From: Eledone cirrhosa
Taxonomy: Eukaryota
Assembly (NCBI GenBank): GCA_964016885.1
Contig: OZ024744.1
Location: 43,276,001-43,340,000 of the forward strand
DNA length: 64,000 bases
Direction of reading: 5' to 3'
The notes below the pieces were generated by a model, which did no database searches, had not been told where the DNA came from, and saw nothing but the letters and a program-made list of their open reading frames with translations. Of this stretch, positions 31,101-46,900 are shown in pieces; position 1 is the stretch's first letter; each line of letters begins with the position of its first letter. The position numbers and the translations under genes were made by a program.

Positions 31101-32210
31101 CACATTACATAAACTTAGAATGTATACAAATATACAATATAACGTCAATTTGATATTAATGTTGAAACACGTGTAATAGTTTTCTGTACTAACTGGTAGG
31201 AATGGGTTTGAAATACAACTTACTTTCTTTTGATCCACCTCTTATGTGTGTGCCTGAGTCAGAGACAAGGATCTCTACAGGAGTCACACCTGGAAAAAAT
31301 ATACAGAAGAAAAGAATAATAAAAGCTAGAAGGCTTTCTTGAGAAGAGTTTGTTGTCAAGTTGAAGAAAGGGTAGAATGAGTTGTCATTTGTTTAATCAA
31401 CTAGATCAAATTATACGGTTTGATCTCTCAAGGACATGCTTACTTTTCCCACAAATCTAAAACTTCCAAAAAGAGTAAAGTGTGGTTAGTCATATTTGGG
31501 ATGTCTTGAATTATGAGAGAAACATTCTACAGTTTCCTACTGGTCCTTAAAATCAGATTTATATAGTGGTTTACCAAATATTTAGGGTACTGGCAGATAT
31601 AGTGGAGAAGAGGATGCAGCATATGAACAATGAAGGGTGACAAGAAATTGTGAAGAACTGTAGGATAAAATCTTGATAAAGAAGAGAATACTGATCTCTG
31701 AAATAATTCAATCTAACTCAATGAATCTAGTGTAACATTTATCTTCTCATTTGAATCACATGTAATGTCATTCTTTCTCAGTTATCTCTGATAATGCCCT
31801 AAAAAAGTCTAGCTATACTTTTGTCATCATTAAAAGGTCTTTGAGGAAGTCAATAAAATGTTTATTCTGGATTATTTTATGGAGGTTGTAATAGAGAGTT
31901 TGATATTGTTGACTGAATTAAGTAGTTATAAATTTACTGTTGAAAACCTAAATAAGTTACTGAATAACTTATTACATGATGTTTAAATTATAACTTACGC
32001 TTTTGAGAAGTTTCAGGCTTCATTGCAGCACTGGGAGGGTACACGGTAATATGGTCACCTAGAATATATAAACAACATCATAGTAAACCTACATGTATAT
32101 ATATAAAAAACATTACAAATACATGGAATCAGTTATTAGATTGATTATCTCTGATATATAGATATATACACCAGGTGCAAAGACATATGGACCAAACTCC
32201 CACTGTCCCT

Positions 32211-32274
<64 letters not shown>

Positions 32275-33998
32275 GAGAGAATGGATAAATTACTGAATAA
32301 CTTATTAGGTGATGTTCAAACTATAACTTACCCTTTTTAGTTGATTTTGCCTCCATTGAAGCAATGCGAGGGGACTGTGTAATATGGTCACCTAGAATAT
32401 ATAAACAAAATCATAGTAAACCTACATGTATATATACAAATAACATTACAAATACAGGAAACAGTTATTAGATTTATTATCTCTGATATATACATATATA
32501 CACCAGGTCCAAACATATATGGACCAAACTCCTACTGCCACTGCCATTTATATATATATATTTATATATAGTGAAAGGATTCAGGACGCCAACTACTTAG
32601 ATCCGTAAATATACATTTACTACTAAATTTTCTATAATCATGGCAACAGTCCTAACAAAGCAAATATATTCTTACCTACTTGCACACTCACAAACTCACA
32701 CTCACACAAACACAAACAGGGCTCACACACACTCAAAAAAGCATCACCGGTGAAACACACCCAAACAGGTACACAATGAATTAATATACAACCCAATATA
32801 CCTATATGTATACATCAACATACACATAATACCAACATCACTTCACTTATATATGTACACACAATTTTATTCAATAGGTCCACCATACACATTACATAAA
32901 CTTAGAATGTATACAAATATACAATATAACGTAAATTTGATATTAATGTTGAAACATGTGTAATAGTTTTCTGTACTAACTGGTAGGAATGGGTTTGAAA
33001 TACAACTTACTTTCTTTTGATCCACCTCTTATGTATGTGCCTGAGTCAGAGACAAGGATCTCTACAGGAGTCACACCTGGAAAAAAATATACAGAAGAAA
33101 AGAATAATAAAAGCTAGAAGGCTTTCTTGAGAAGAGTTTGTTGTCAAGTTGAAGAAAGGGTAGAATGAGTTGTCATTTGTTTAATCAACTAGATCAAATT
33201 ATACGGTTTGTTCTCTCAAGGACATGCTTACTTTTCCCACAAATCTAAAACTTCCAAAAGGAGTAAAGTGTGGTTAGTCATATGTGGGCTGTCTTGAATT
33301 ATGAGAGAAACATTCTACAGTTTCCTACTGGTCCTTAAAATCAGATTTATATAGTGGTTTACCAAATATTTAGGGTACTGGCAGATGTAGTGGAGAAGAG
33401 GATGCAGCGTATGAACAATGAAGGGTGACAAGAAATTGGGAAGAAATGTAGGACAAAGTTTTGATAAAGAAGAGAATACTGATCTCTGAAATAATTCAAA
33501 CTACCTCAATGAATCTTGTGCAACATTTATCTTCTCATTTGAATCACATGTAATGTCATTCTTTCTCAGCTATCTCTGATAATGCCCTAAAAAAGTCTAG
33601 CTATACTTTTGTCATCATTACAAGGTCTTTGAGGAAGTCAATAAAATGTTTATTCTGGATTATTTTATGGAGGTTGTAATACAGAGTTTGATATTGTTGA
33701 CTGAATTAAGTAGTTATGAATTTACTGTTGAAAACCTAAATAAGTTACTGAATAACTTATTACATGATGTTTAAATTATAACTTACTCTTTTGAGTAGTT
33801 TCAGGCTTCATTGCAGCACTGGGAGGGTACACGGTAATATGGTCACCTAGAATATATAAACAACATCATAGTAAACCTACATGTATATATACAAATAACA
33901 TTACAAATACATGGAATCAGTTATTAGATTGATTATCTCTGATAAATACATATATACAACAGGTGCAAACACATAGGGATCAAAGTCCCACTGTCCCT

Positions 33999-34032
<34 letters not shown>

Positions 34033-37000
34033 GATAGACATAGAATATTCGAAAATATTCTGTATGTTTAAATAAACATTTTGAAGACCTAATCGCTATA
34101 GAATAGAATACGTCACGTATTACAATTAGATTCTCGATAAAAGCAAGGGAAGTAACCTACGCGTTTCATTCTCATTAGAAATCTTCAGGATTACGTATCC
34201 AGTGCTTTTATCGAGAATGACACAGCTAGAGACTTATAGAATACTTAGCTGTGTACAGGAACTGGTTTGAAAGAGCGGTTGCCGGTCCGGCAGAAATTAG
34301 AAATTGGATTAAATGCTCTGAAATAGCGATATATATGTGAAGATAGACATGATATGTGAAGATTTCTAATGAGAATGAAACGCGTAGGTTACTTCCCTTG
34401 CTTTTATCGAGAATCTAATTGTAATACGTGACGTATTCTATTCTATAGCGATTAGGTCTTCAAAATGTTTATTTAAACATACAGAATATTTTCGAATATT
34501 CTATGTCTATCTTCACATATATATCGCTATTTCAGAGCATTTAATCCATTATATATATATATATATTTATATATAGAGAGAATGGATAAATTACTGAATA
34601 ACTTATTAGATGATGTTCAAACTATAACTTACTCTTTTTAGTTGATTTTGGCTCCATTGAAGCAATGCGAGGGGACTGTGTAATATGGTCACCTAGAATA
34701 TATAAACAAAATCATAGTAAACCTACATGTATATATACAAATAACATTACAAATACAGGAAACAGTTATTAGATTTATTATCTCTGATATATACATATAT
34801 ACACCAGGTCCAAACATATATGGACCAAACTCCTACTGCCACTGCCATTTATATATATATATTTATATATAGTGAAAGGATTCAGGACGCCAACTACTTA
34901 GATCCGTAAATATACATTTACTACTAAATTTTCTATAATCATGGCAACAGTCCTAATAAAGCAAATTTATTCTTACATACACACACACAGAGATTGCACA
35001 CTCACAAACTCACACTCACACAAACACAAACAGGGCTCACACAAACTCAAAAAAGCATCACCGGTGAAACACACCCAAACAGGTACACAATGAATTAATA
35101 TACAACCCAATATACCTATATGTATACATCAACATACACATAATACCAACATCACTTCACTTATATATGTACACACAATTTTATTCAATGGGTCCACCTA
35201 ACACATTACATAAACTTAGAATGTATACAGATATACAATATAACGTCAATTTGATATTAATGTTGAAACACGTGTAATAGTTTTCTGTACTAACTGGTAG
35301 GAATCGGTTTGAAATACAACTTACTTTCTTTTGATCCACCTCTTATGTGTGTGCCTGAGTCAGAGACAAGGATCTCTACAGGAGTCACACCTGGAAAAAT
35401 ATACAGAAGAAAAGAATAATAAAAGCTAGAAGGCTTTCTTGAGAAGAGTTTGTTGTCAAGTTGAAGAAAGGGTAGAATGAGTTGTCATTTGTTTAATCAA
35501 CTAGATCAAATTATACGGTTTGTTCTCTCAAGGACATGCTTACTTTTCCCACAAATCTAAAACTTACAAAAGGAGTAAAGTGTGGTTAGTCTTGAATTAT
35601 GAGAGAAACATTCTACAGTTTCCTACTGGTCCTTAAAATCAGATTTATATAGTGGTTTACCAAATATTTAGGGTACTGGCAGATGTAGTGGAGAAGAGGA
35701 TGCAGCATATGAACAATGAAGGGTGACAAGAAATTGTGAAGAACTGTAGGATAAAATTTGATAAAGAAGAGAATACTGATCTCTGAAATAATTCAATCTA
35801 ACTCAATGAATCTAGTGTAACATTTATCTTCTCATTTGAATCACATGTAATGTCATTCTTTCTCAGTTATCTCTGATAATGCCCTAAAAAAGTCTAGCTA
35901 TACTTTTGTCATCATTAAAAGGTCTTTGAGGAAGTCAATAAAATGTTTATTCTGGATTATTTTATGGAGGTTGTAATAGAGAGTTTGATATTGTTGACTG
36001 AATTAAGTAGTTATAAATTTACTGTTGAAAACCTAAATAAGTTACTGAATAACTTATTACATGATGTTTAAATTATAACTTACGCTTTTGAGAAGTTTCA
36101 GGCTTCATTGCAGCACTGGGAGGGTACACGGTAATATGGTCACCTAGAATATATAAACAACATCATAGTAAACCTACATGTATATATATAAAAAACATTA
36201 CAAATACATGGAATCAGTTATTAGATTGATTATCTCTGATATATAGATATATACACCAGGTGCAAAGACATATGGACCAAACTCCCACTGTCCCTCGCAT
36301 ATATATATATTTATATATAGAGAGAATGGATAAATTACTGAATAACTTATTAGATGATGTTCAAACTATAACTTACCCTTTTTAGTTGATTTTGCCTCCA
36401 TTGAAGCAATGCGAGGGGACTGTGTAATATGGTCACCTAGAATATATAAACAAAATCATAGTAAACCTACATGTATATATACAAATAACATTACAAATAC
36501 AGGAAACAGTTATTAGATTTATTATCTCTGATATATACATATATACACCAGGTCCAAACATATATGGACCAAACTCCTACTGCCACTGCCATTTATATAT
36601 ATATATTTATATATAGTGAAAGGATTCAGGACGCCAACTACTTAGATCCGTAAATATACATTTACTACTAAATTTTCTATAATCATGGCAACAGTCCTAA
36701 TAAAGCAAATTTATTCTTACATACACACACACAGAGATTGCACACTCACAAACTCACACTCACACAAACACAAACAGGGCTCACACAAACTCAAAAAAGC
36801 ATCACCGGTGAAACACACCCAAACAGGTACACAATGAATTAATATACAACCCAATATACCTATATGTATACATCAACATACACATAATACCAACATCACT
36901 TCACTTATATATGTACACACAATTTTATTCAATGGGTCCACCTAACACATTACATAAACTTAGAATGTATACAGATATACAATATAACGTCAATTTGATA

Positions 37001-39783
37001 TTAATGTTGAAACACGTGTAATAGTTTTCTGTACTAACTGGTAGGAATCGGTTTGAAATACAACTTACTTTCTTTTGATCCACCTCTTATGTGTGTGCCT
37101 GAGTCAGAGACAAGGATCTCTACAGGAGTCACACCTGGAAAAATATACAGAAGAAAAGAATAATAAAAGCTAGAAGGCTTTCTTGAGAAGAGTTTGTTGT
37201 CAAGTTGAAGAAAGGGTAGAATGAGTTGTCATTTGTTTAATCAACTAGATCAAATTATACGGTTTGTTCTCTCAAGGACATGCTTACTTTTCCCACAAAT
37301 CTAAAACTTACAAAAGGAGTAAAGTGTGGTTAGTCTTGAATTATGAGAGAAACATTCTACAGTTTCCTACTGGTCCTTAAAATCAGATTTATATAGTGGT
37401 TTACCAAATATTTAGGGTACTGGCAGATGTAGTGGAGAAGAGGATGCAGCATATGAACAATGAAGGGTGACAAGAAATTGTGAAGAACTGTAGGATAAAA
37501 TTTGATAAAGAAGAGAATACTGATCTCTGAAATAATTCAATCTAACTCAATGAATCTAGTGTAACATTTATCTTCTCATTTGAATCACATGTAATGTCAT
37601 TCTTTCTCAGTTATCTCTGATAATGCCCTAAAAAAGTGTAGCTATACTTTTGTCATCATTAAAAGGTCTTTGAGGAAGTCAATAAAATGTTTATTCTGGA
37701 TTATTTTATGGAGGTTGTAATAGAGAGTTTGATATTGTTGACTGAATTAAGTAGTTATAAATTTACTGTTGAAAACCTAAATAAGTTACTGAATAACTTA
37801 TTACATGATGTTTAAATTATAACTTACGCTTTTGAGAAGTTTCAGGCTTCATTGCAGCACTGGGAGGGTACACGGTAATATGGTCACCTAGAATATATAA
37901 ACAACATCATAGTAAACCTACATGTATATATATAAAAAACATTACAAATACATGGAATCAGTTATTAGATTGATTATCTCTGATATATAGATATATACAC
38001 CAGGTGCAAAGACATATGGACCAAACTCCCACTGTCCCTCGCATATATATATATTTATATATAGAGAGAATGGATAAATTACTGAATAACTTATTAGATG
38101 ATGTTCAAACTATAACTTACCCTTTTTAGTTGATTTTGCCTCCATTGAAGCAATGCGAGGGGACTGTGTAATATGGTCACCTAGAATATATAAACAAAAT
38201 CATAGTAAACCTACATGTATATATACAAATAACATTACAAATACAGGAAACAGTTATTAGATTTATTATCTCTGATATATACATATATACACCAGGTCCA
38301 AACATATATGGACCAAACTCCTACTGCCACTGCCATTTATATATATATATTTATATATAGTGAAAGGATTCAGGACGCCAACTACTTAGATCCGTAAATA
38401 TACATTTACTACTAAATTTTCTATAATCATGGCAACAGTCCTAATAAAGCAAATTTATTCTTACATACACACACACAGAGATTGCACACTCACAAACTCA
38501 CACTCACACAAACACAAACAGGGCTCACACAAACTCAAAAAAGCATCACCGGTGAAACACACCCAAACAGGTACACAATGAATTAATATACAACCCAATA
38601 TACCTATATGTATACATCAACATACACATAATACCAACATCACTTCACTTATATATGTACACACAATTTTATTCAATGGGTCCACCTAACACATTACATA
38701 AACTTAGAATGTATACAGATATACAATATAACGTCAATTTGATATTAATGTTGAAACACGTGTAATAGTTTTCTGTACTAAATGGTAGGAATCGGTTTGA
38801 AATACAACTTACTTTCTTTTGATCCACCTCTTATGTGTGTGCCTGAGTCAGAGACAAGGATCTCTACAGGAGTCACACCTGGAAAAATATACAGAAGAAA
38901 AGAATAATAAAAGCTAGAAGGCTTTCTTGAGAAGAGTTTGTTGTCAAGTTGAAGAAAGGGTAGAATGAGTTGTCATTTGTTTAATCAACTAGATCAAATT
39001 ATACGGTTTGTTCTCTCAAGGACATGCTTACTTTTCCCACAAATCTAAAACTTACAAAAGGAGTAAAGTGTGGTTAGTCTTGAATTATGAGAGAAACATT
39101 CTACAGTTTCCTACTGGTCCTTAAAATCAGATTTATATAGTGGTTTACCAAATATTTAGGGTACTGGCAGATGTAGTGGAGAAGAGGATGCAGCATATGA
39201 ACAATGAAGGGTGACAAGAAATTGTGAAGAACTGTAGGATAAAATTTGATAAAGAAGAGAATACTGATCTCTGAAATAATTCAATCTAACTCAATGAATC
39301 TAGTGTAACATTTATCTTCTCATTTGAATCACATGTAATGTCATTCTTTCTCAGTTATCTCTGATAATGCCCTAAAAAAGTCTAGCTATACTTTTGTCAT
39401 CATTAAAAGGTCTTTGAGGAAGTCAATAAAATGTTTATTCTGGATTATTTTATGGAGGTTGTAATAGAGAGTTTGATATTGTTGACTGAATTAAGTAGTT
39501 ATAAATTTACTGTTGAAAACCTAAATAAGTTACTGAATAACTTATTACATGATGTTTAAATTATAACTTACGCTTTTGAGAAGTTTCAGGCTTCATTGCA
39601 GCACTGGGAGGGTACACGGTAATATGGTCACCTAGAATATATAAATAACATCATAGTAAACCTACATGTATATATATAAAAAACATTACAAATACATGGA
39701 ATCAGTTATTAGATTGATTATCTCTGATATATAGATATATACACCAGGTGCAAAGACATATGGACCAAACTCCCACTGTCCCT

Positions 39784-39839
<56 letters not shown>

Positions 39840-42800
39840 ATGGATAAATTACTGAATAACTTATTAGATGATGTTCAAACTATAACTTACCCTTTTTAGT
39901 TGATTTTGCCTCCATTGAAGCAATGCGAGGGGACTGTGTAATATGGTCACCTAGAATATATAAACAAAATCATAGTAAACCTACATGTATATATACAAAT
40001 AACATTACAAATACAGGAAACAGTTATTAGATTTATTATCTCTGATATATACATATATACACCAGGTCCAAACATATATGGACCAAACTCCTACTGCCAC
40101 TGCCATTTATATATATATATTTATATATAGTGAAAGGATTCAGGACGCCAACTACTTAGATCCGTAAATATACATTTACTACTAAATTTTCTATAATCAT
40201 GGCAACAGTCCTAACAAAGCAAATATATTCTTACCTACTTGCACACTCACAAACTCACACTCACACAAACACAAACAGGGCTCACACACACTCAAAAAAG
40301 CATCACCGGTGAAACACACCCAAACAGGTACACAATGAATTAATATACAACCCAATATACCTATATGTATACATCAACATACACATAATACCAACATCAC
40401 TTCACTTATATATGTACACACAATTTTATTCAATAGGTCCACCATACACATTACATAAACTTAGAATGTATACAAATATACAATATAACGTAAATTTGAT
40501 ATTAATGTTGAAACATGTGTAATAGTTTTCTGTACTAACTGGTAGGAATGGGTTTGAAATACAACTTACTTTCTTTTGATCCACCTCTTATGTATGTGCC
40601 TGAGTCAGAGACAAGGATCTCTACAGGAGTCACACCTGGAAAAAAATATACAGAAGAAAAGAATAATAAAAGCTAGAAGGCTTTCTTGAGAAGAGTTTGT
40701 TGTCAAGTTGAAGAAAGGGTAGAATGAGTTGTCATTTGTTTAATCAACTAGATCAAATTATACGGTTTGTTCTCTCAAGGACATGCTTACTTTTCCCACA
40801 AATCTAAAACTTCCAAAAGGAGTAAAGTGTGGTTAGTCATATGTGGGCTGTCTTGAATTATGAGAGAAACATTCTACAGTTTCCTACTGGTCCTTAAAAT
40901 CAGATTTATATAGTGGTTTACCAAATATTTAGGGTACTGGCAGATGTAGTGGAGAAGAGGATGCAGCGTATGAACAATGAAGGGTGACAAGAAATTGGGA
41001 AGAAATGTAGGACAAAGTTTTGATAAAGAAGAGAATACTGATCTCTGAAATAATTCAAACTACCTCAATGAATCTTGTGCAACATTTATCTTCTCATTTG
41101 AATCACATGTAATGTCATTCTTTCTCAGCTATCTCTGATAATGCCCTAAAAAAGTCTAGCTATACTTTTGTCATCATTACAAGGTCTTTGAGGAAGTCAA
41201 TAAAATGTTTATTCTGGATTATTTTATGGAGGTTGTAATACAGAGTTTGATATTGTTGACTGAATTAAGTAGTTATGAATTTACTGTTGAAAACCTAAAT
41301 AAGTTACTGAATAACTTATTACATGATGTTTAAATTATAACTTACTCTTTTGAGTAGTTTCAGGCTTCATTGCAGCACTGGGAGGGTACACGGTAATATG
41401 GTCACCTAGAATATATAAACAACATCATAGTAAACCTACATGTATATATACAAATAACATTACAAATACATGGAATCAGTTATTAGATTGATTATCTCTG
41501 ATAAATACATATATACAACAGGTGCAAACACATAGGGACCAAAGTCCCACTGTCCCTCGCATATATATATATATATATATACATGAAGATAGACATAGAA
41601 TATTCGAAAATATTCTGCATGTTTAAATAAACATTTTGAAGACCTAATCGCTATAGAATAGAATACGTCACGTATTACAATTAGATTCTCGATAAAAGCA
41701 AGGGAAGTAACCTACGCGTTTTATTCTCATTAGAAATCTTCAGGATTACATATCCAGTGCTTTTATCGAGAATGACACAGCTAGAGACTTATAGAATACT
41801 TAGCTGTGTACAGGAACTGGTTTGAAAGAGCGGTTGCCGGTCCGGCAGAAATTAGAAATTGGATTAAATGCTCTGAAATAGCGATATATATGTGAAGATA
41901 GACATGATATGTGAAGATTTCTAATGAGAATGAAACGCGTAGGTTACTTCCCTTGCTTTTATCGAGAATCTAATTGTAATACGTGACGTATTCTATTCTA
42001 TAGCGATTAGGTCTTCAAAATGTTTATTTAAACATACAGAATATTTTCGAATATTCTATGTCTATCTTCACATATATATCGCTATTTCAGAGCATTTAAT
42101 CCATTATATATATATATATATTTATATATAGAGAGAATGGATAAATTACTGAATAACTTATTAGATGATGTTCAAACTATAACTTACTCTTTTTAGTTGA
42201 TTTTGGCTCCATTGAAGCAATGCGAGGGGACTGTGTAATATGGTCACCTAGAATATATAAACAAAATCATAGTAAACCTACATGTATATATACAAATAAC
42301 ATTACAAATACAGGAAACAGTTATTAGATTCATTATCTCTGATATATACATATATACACCAGGTCCAAACATATATGGACCAAACTCCCACTGCCACTGC
42401 CATTTATATATATATATTTATATATAGTGAAAGGATTCAGGACGCCAACTACTTAGATCCGTAAATATACATTTACTACTAAATTTTCTATAATCATGGC
42501 AACAGTCCTAATAAAGCAAATTCATTCTTACATACACACGCACAGAGATTGCACACACACAAACTCACACTCACACAAACACAAACAGAGCTCACACACA
42601 CTCAAAAAAGCATCACCGGTGAAACACACCCAAACAGGTACACAATGAATTAATATACAACCCAATATACCTATATGTATACATCAACATACACATAATA
42701 CCAACATCACTTCACTTATATATGTACATACAATTTTATTCAATAGGTCCACCTAACACATTACATAAACTTAGAATGTATACAAATATACAATATAACG

Positions 42801-43866
42801 TCAATTTGATATTAATGTTGAAACACGTGTAATAGTTTTCTGTACTAACTGGTAGGAATGGGTTTGAAATACAACTTACTTTCTTTTGATCCACCTCTTA
42901 TGTGTGTGCCTGAGTCAGAGACAAGGATCTCTACAGGAGTCACACCTGGAAAAAATATACAGAAGAAAAGAATAATAAAAGCTAGAAGGCTTTCTTGAGA
43001 AGAGTTTGTTGTCAAGTTGAAGAAAGGGTAGAATGAGTTGTCATTTGTTTAATCAACTAGATCAAATTATACGGTTTGATCTCTCAAGGACATGCTTACT
43101 TTTCCCACAAATCTAAAACTTCCAAAAAGAGTAAAGTGTGGTTAGTCATATTTGGGATGTCTTGAATTATGAGAGAAACATTCTACAGTTTCCTACTGGT
43201 CCTTAAAATCAGATTTATATAGTGGTTTACCAAATATTTAGGGTACTGGCAGATATAGTGGAGAAGAGGATGCAGCATATGAACAATGAAGGGTGACAAG
43301 AAATTGTGAAGAACTGTAGGATAAAATCTTGATAAAGAAGAGAATACTGATCTCTGAAATAATTCAATCTAACTCAATGAATCTAGTGTAACATTTATCT
43401 TCTCATTTGAATCACATGTAATGTCATTCTTTCTCAGTTATCTCTGATAATGCCCTAAAAAAGTCTAGCTATACTTTTGTCATCATTAAAAGGTCTTTGA
43501 GGAAGTCAATAAAATGTTTATTCTGGATTATTTTATGGAGGTTGTAATAGAGAGTTTGATATTGTTGACTGAATTAAGTAGTTATAAATTTACTGTTGAA
43601 AACCTAAATAAGTTACTGAATAACTTATTACATGATGTTTAAATTATAACTTACGCTTTTGAGAAGTTTCAGGCTTCATTGCAGCACTGGGAGGGTACAC
43701 GGTAATATGGTCACCTAGAATATATAAACAACATCATAGTAAACCTACATGTATATATATAAAAAACATTACAAATACATGGAATCAGTTATTAGATTGA
43801 TTATCTCTGATATATAGATATATACACCAGGTGCAAAGACATATGGACCAAACTCCCACTGTCCCT

Positions 43867-43916
<50 letters not shown>

Positions 43917-46900
43917 GAGAGAATGGATAAATTACTGAATAACTTATTAGGTGATGTTCAAACTATAACTTACCCTTTTTAGTTGATTTTGCCTCCATTG
44001 AAGCAATGCGAGGGGACTGTGTAATATGGTCACCTAGAATATATAAACAAAATCATAGTAAACCTACATGTATATATACAAATAACATTACAAATACAGG
44101 AAACAGTTATTAGATTTATTATCTCTGATATATACATATATACACCAGGTCCAAACATATATGGACCAAACTCCTACTGCCACTGCCATTTATATATATA
44201 TATTTATATATAGTGAAAGGATTCAGGACGCCAACTACTTAGATCCGTAAATATACATTTACTACTAAATTTTCTATAATCATGGCAACAGTCCTAACAA
44301 AGCAAATATATTCTTACCTACTTGCACACTCACAAACTCACACTCACACAAACACAAACAGGGCTCACACACACTCAAAAAAGCATCACCGGTGAAACAC
44401 ACCCAAACAGGTACACAATGAATTAATATACAACCCAATATACCTATATGTATACATCAACATACACATAATACCAACATCACTTCACTTATATATGTAC
44501 ACACAATTTTATTCAATAGGTCCACCATACACATTACATAAACTTAGAATGTATACAAATATACAATATAACGTCAATTTGATATTAATGTTGAAACATG
44601 TGTAATAGTTTTCTGTACTAACTGGTAGGAATGGGTTTGAAATACAACTTACTTTCTTTTGATCCACCTGTTATGTATGTGCCTGAGTCAGAGACAAGGA
44701 TCTCTACAGGAGTCACACCTGGAAAAAAATATACAGAAGAAAAGAATAATAAAAGCTAGAAGGCTTTCTTGAGAAGAGTTTGTTGTCAAGTTGAAGAAAG
44801 GGTAGAATGAGTTGTCATTTGTTTAATCAACTAGATCAAATTATACGGTTTGTTATCTCAAGGACATGCTTACTTTTCCCACAAATCTAAAACTTCCAAA
44901 AGGAGTAAAGTGTGGTTAGTCATATGTGGGCTGTCTTGAATTATGAGAGAAACATTCTACAGTTTCCTACTGGTCCTTAAAATCAGATTTATATAGTGGT
45001 TTACCAAATATTTAGGGTACTGGCAGATGTAGTGGAGAAGAGGATGCAGCGTATGAACAATGAAGGGTGACAAGAAATTGGGAAGAAATGTAGGACAAAG
45101 TTTTGATAAAGAAGAGAATACTGATCTCTGAAATAATTCAAACTACCTCAATGAATCTTGTGCAACATTTATCTTCTCATTTGAATCACATGTAATGTCA
45201 TTCTTTCTCAGCTATCTCTGATAATGCCCTAAAAAAGTCTAGCTATACTTTTGTCATCATTACAAGGTCTTTGAGGAAGTCAATAAAATGTTTATTCTGG
45301 ATTATTTTATGGAGGTTGTAATACAGAGTTTGATATTGTTGACTGAATTAAGTAGTTATGAATTTACTGTTGAAAACCTAAATAAGTTACTGAATAACTT
45401 ATTACATGATGTTTAAATTATAACTTACTCTTTTGAGTAGTTTCAGGCTTCATTGCAGCACTGGGAGGGTACACGGTAATATGGTCACCTAGAATATATA
45501 AACAACATCATAGTAAACCTACATGTATATATACAAATAACATTACAAATACATGGAATCAGTTATTAGATTGATTATCTCTGATAAATACATATATACA
45601 ACAGGTGCAAACACATAGGGATCAAAGTCCCACTGTCCCTCGCATATATATATATATATATATATATGAAGATAGACATAGAATATTCGAAAATATTCTG
45701 TATGTTTAAATAAACATTTTGAAGACCTAATCGCTATAGAATAGAATACGTCACGTATTACAATTAGATTCTCGATAAAAGCAAGGGAAGTAACCTACGC
45801 GTTTCATTCTCATTAGAAATCTTCAGGATTACATATCCAGTGCTTTTATCGAGAATGACACAGCTAGAGACTTATAGAATACTTAGCTGTGTACAGGAAC
45901 TGGTTTGAAAGAGCGGTTGCCGGTCCGGCAGAAATTAGAAATTGGATTAAATGCTCTGAAATAGCGATATATATGTGAAGATAGACATGATATGTGAAGA
46001 TTTCTAATGAGAATGAAACGCGTAGGTTACTTCCCTTGCTTTTATCGAGAATCTAATTGTAATACGTGACGTATTCTATTCTATAGCGATTAGGTCTTCA
46101 AAATGTTTATTTAAACATACAGAATATTTTCGAATATTCTATGTCTATCTTCACATATATATCGCTATTTCAGAGCATTTAATCCATTATATATATATAT
46201 ATATTTATATATAGAGAGAATGGATAAATTACTGAATAACTTATTAGATGATGTTCAAACTATAACTTACTCTTTTTAGTTGATTTTGGCTCCATTGAAG
46301 CAATGCGAGGGGACTGTGTAATATGGTCACCTAGAATATATAAACAAAATCATAGTAAACCTACATGTATATATACAAATAACATTACAAATACAGGAAA
46401 CAGTTATTAGATTTATTATCTCTGATATATACATATATACACCAGGTCCAAACATATATGGACCAAACTCCTACTGCCACTGCCATTTATATATATATAT
46501 TTATATATAGTGAAAGGATTCAGGACGCCAACTACTTAGATCCGTAAATATACATTTACTACTAAATTTTCTATAATCATGGCAACAGTCCTAACAAAGC
46601 AAATATATTCTTACCTACTTGCACACTCACAAACTCACACTCACACAAACACAAACAGGGCTCACACACACTCAAAAAAGCATCACCGGTGAAACACACC
46701 CAAACAGGTACACAATGAATTAATATACAACCCAATATACCTATATGTATACATCAACATACACATAATACCAACATCACTTCACTTATATATGTACACA
46801 CAATTTTATTCAATAGGTCCACCATACACATTACATAAACTTCCATGTATACAAATATACAATATAACGTCAATTTGATATTAATGTTGAAACATGTGTA

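Larger units (their letters stand above)
24745..46296. repeat. Higher-order duplication of about 11.65 kb: units A-A*-B-C-B at 24745-34658 and 36403-46296
   Basis: Shared markers at matching positions: (GA)n-expanded A* unit with taaatggt; first B with catgaagat and cgttttattc; second B with gggatcaaag. Confidence 0.85.
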
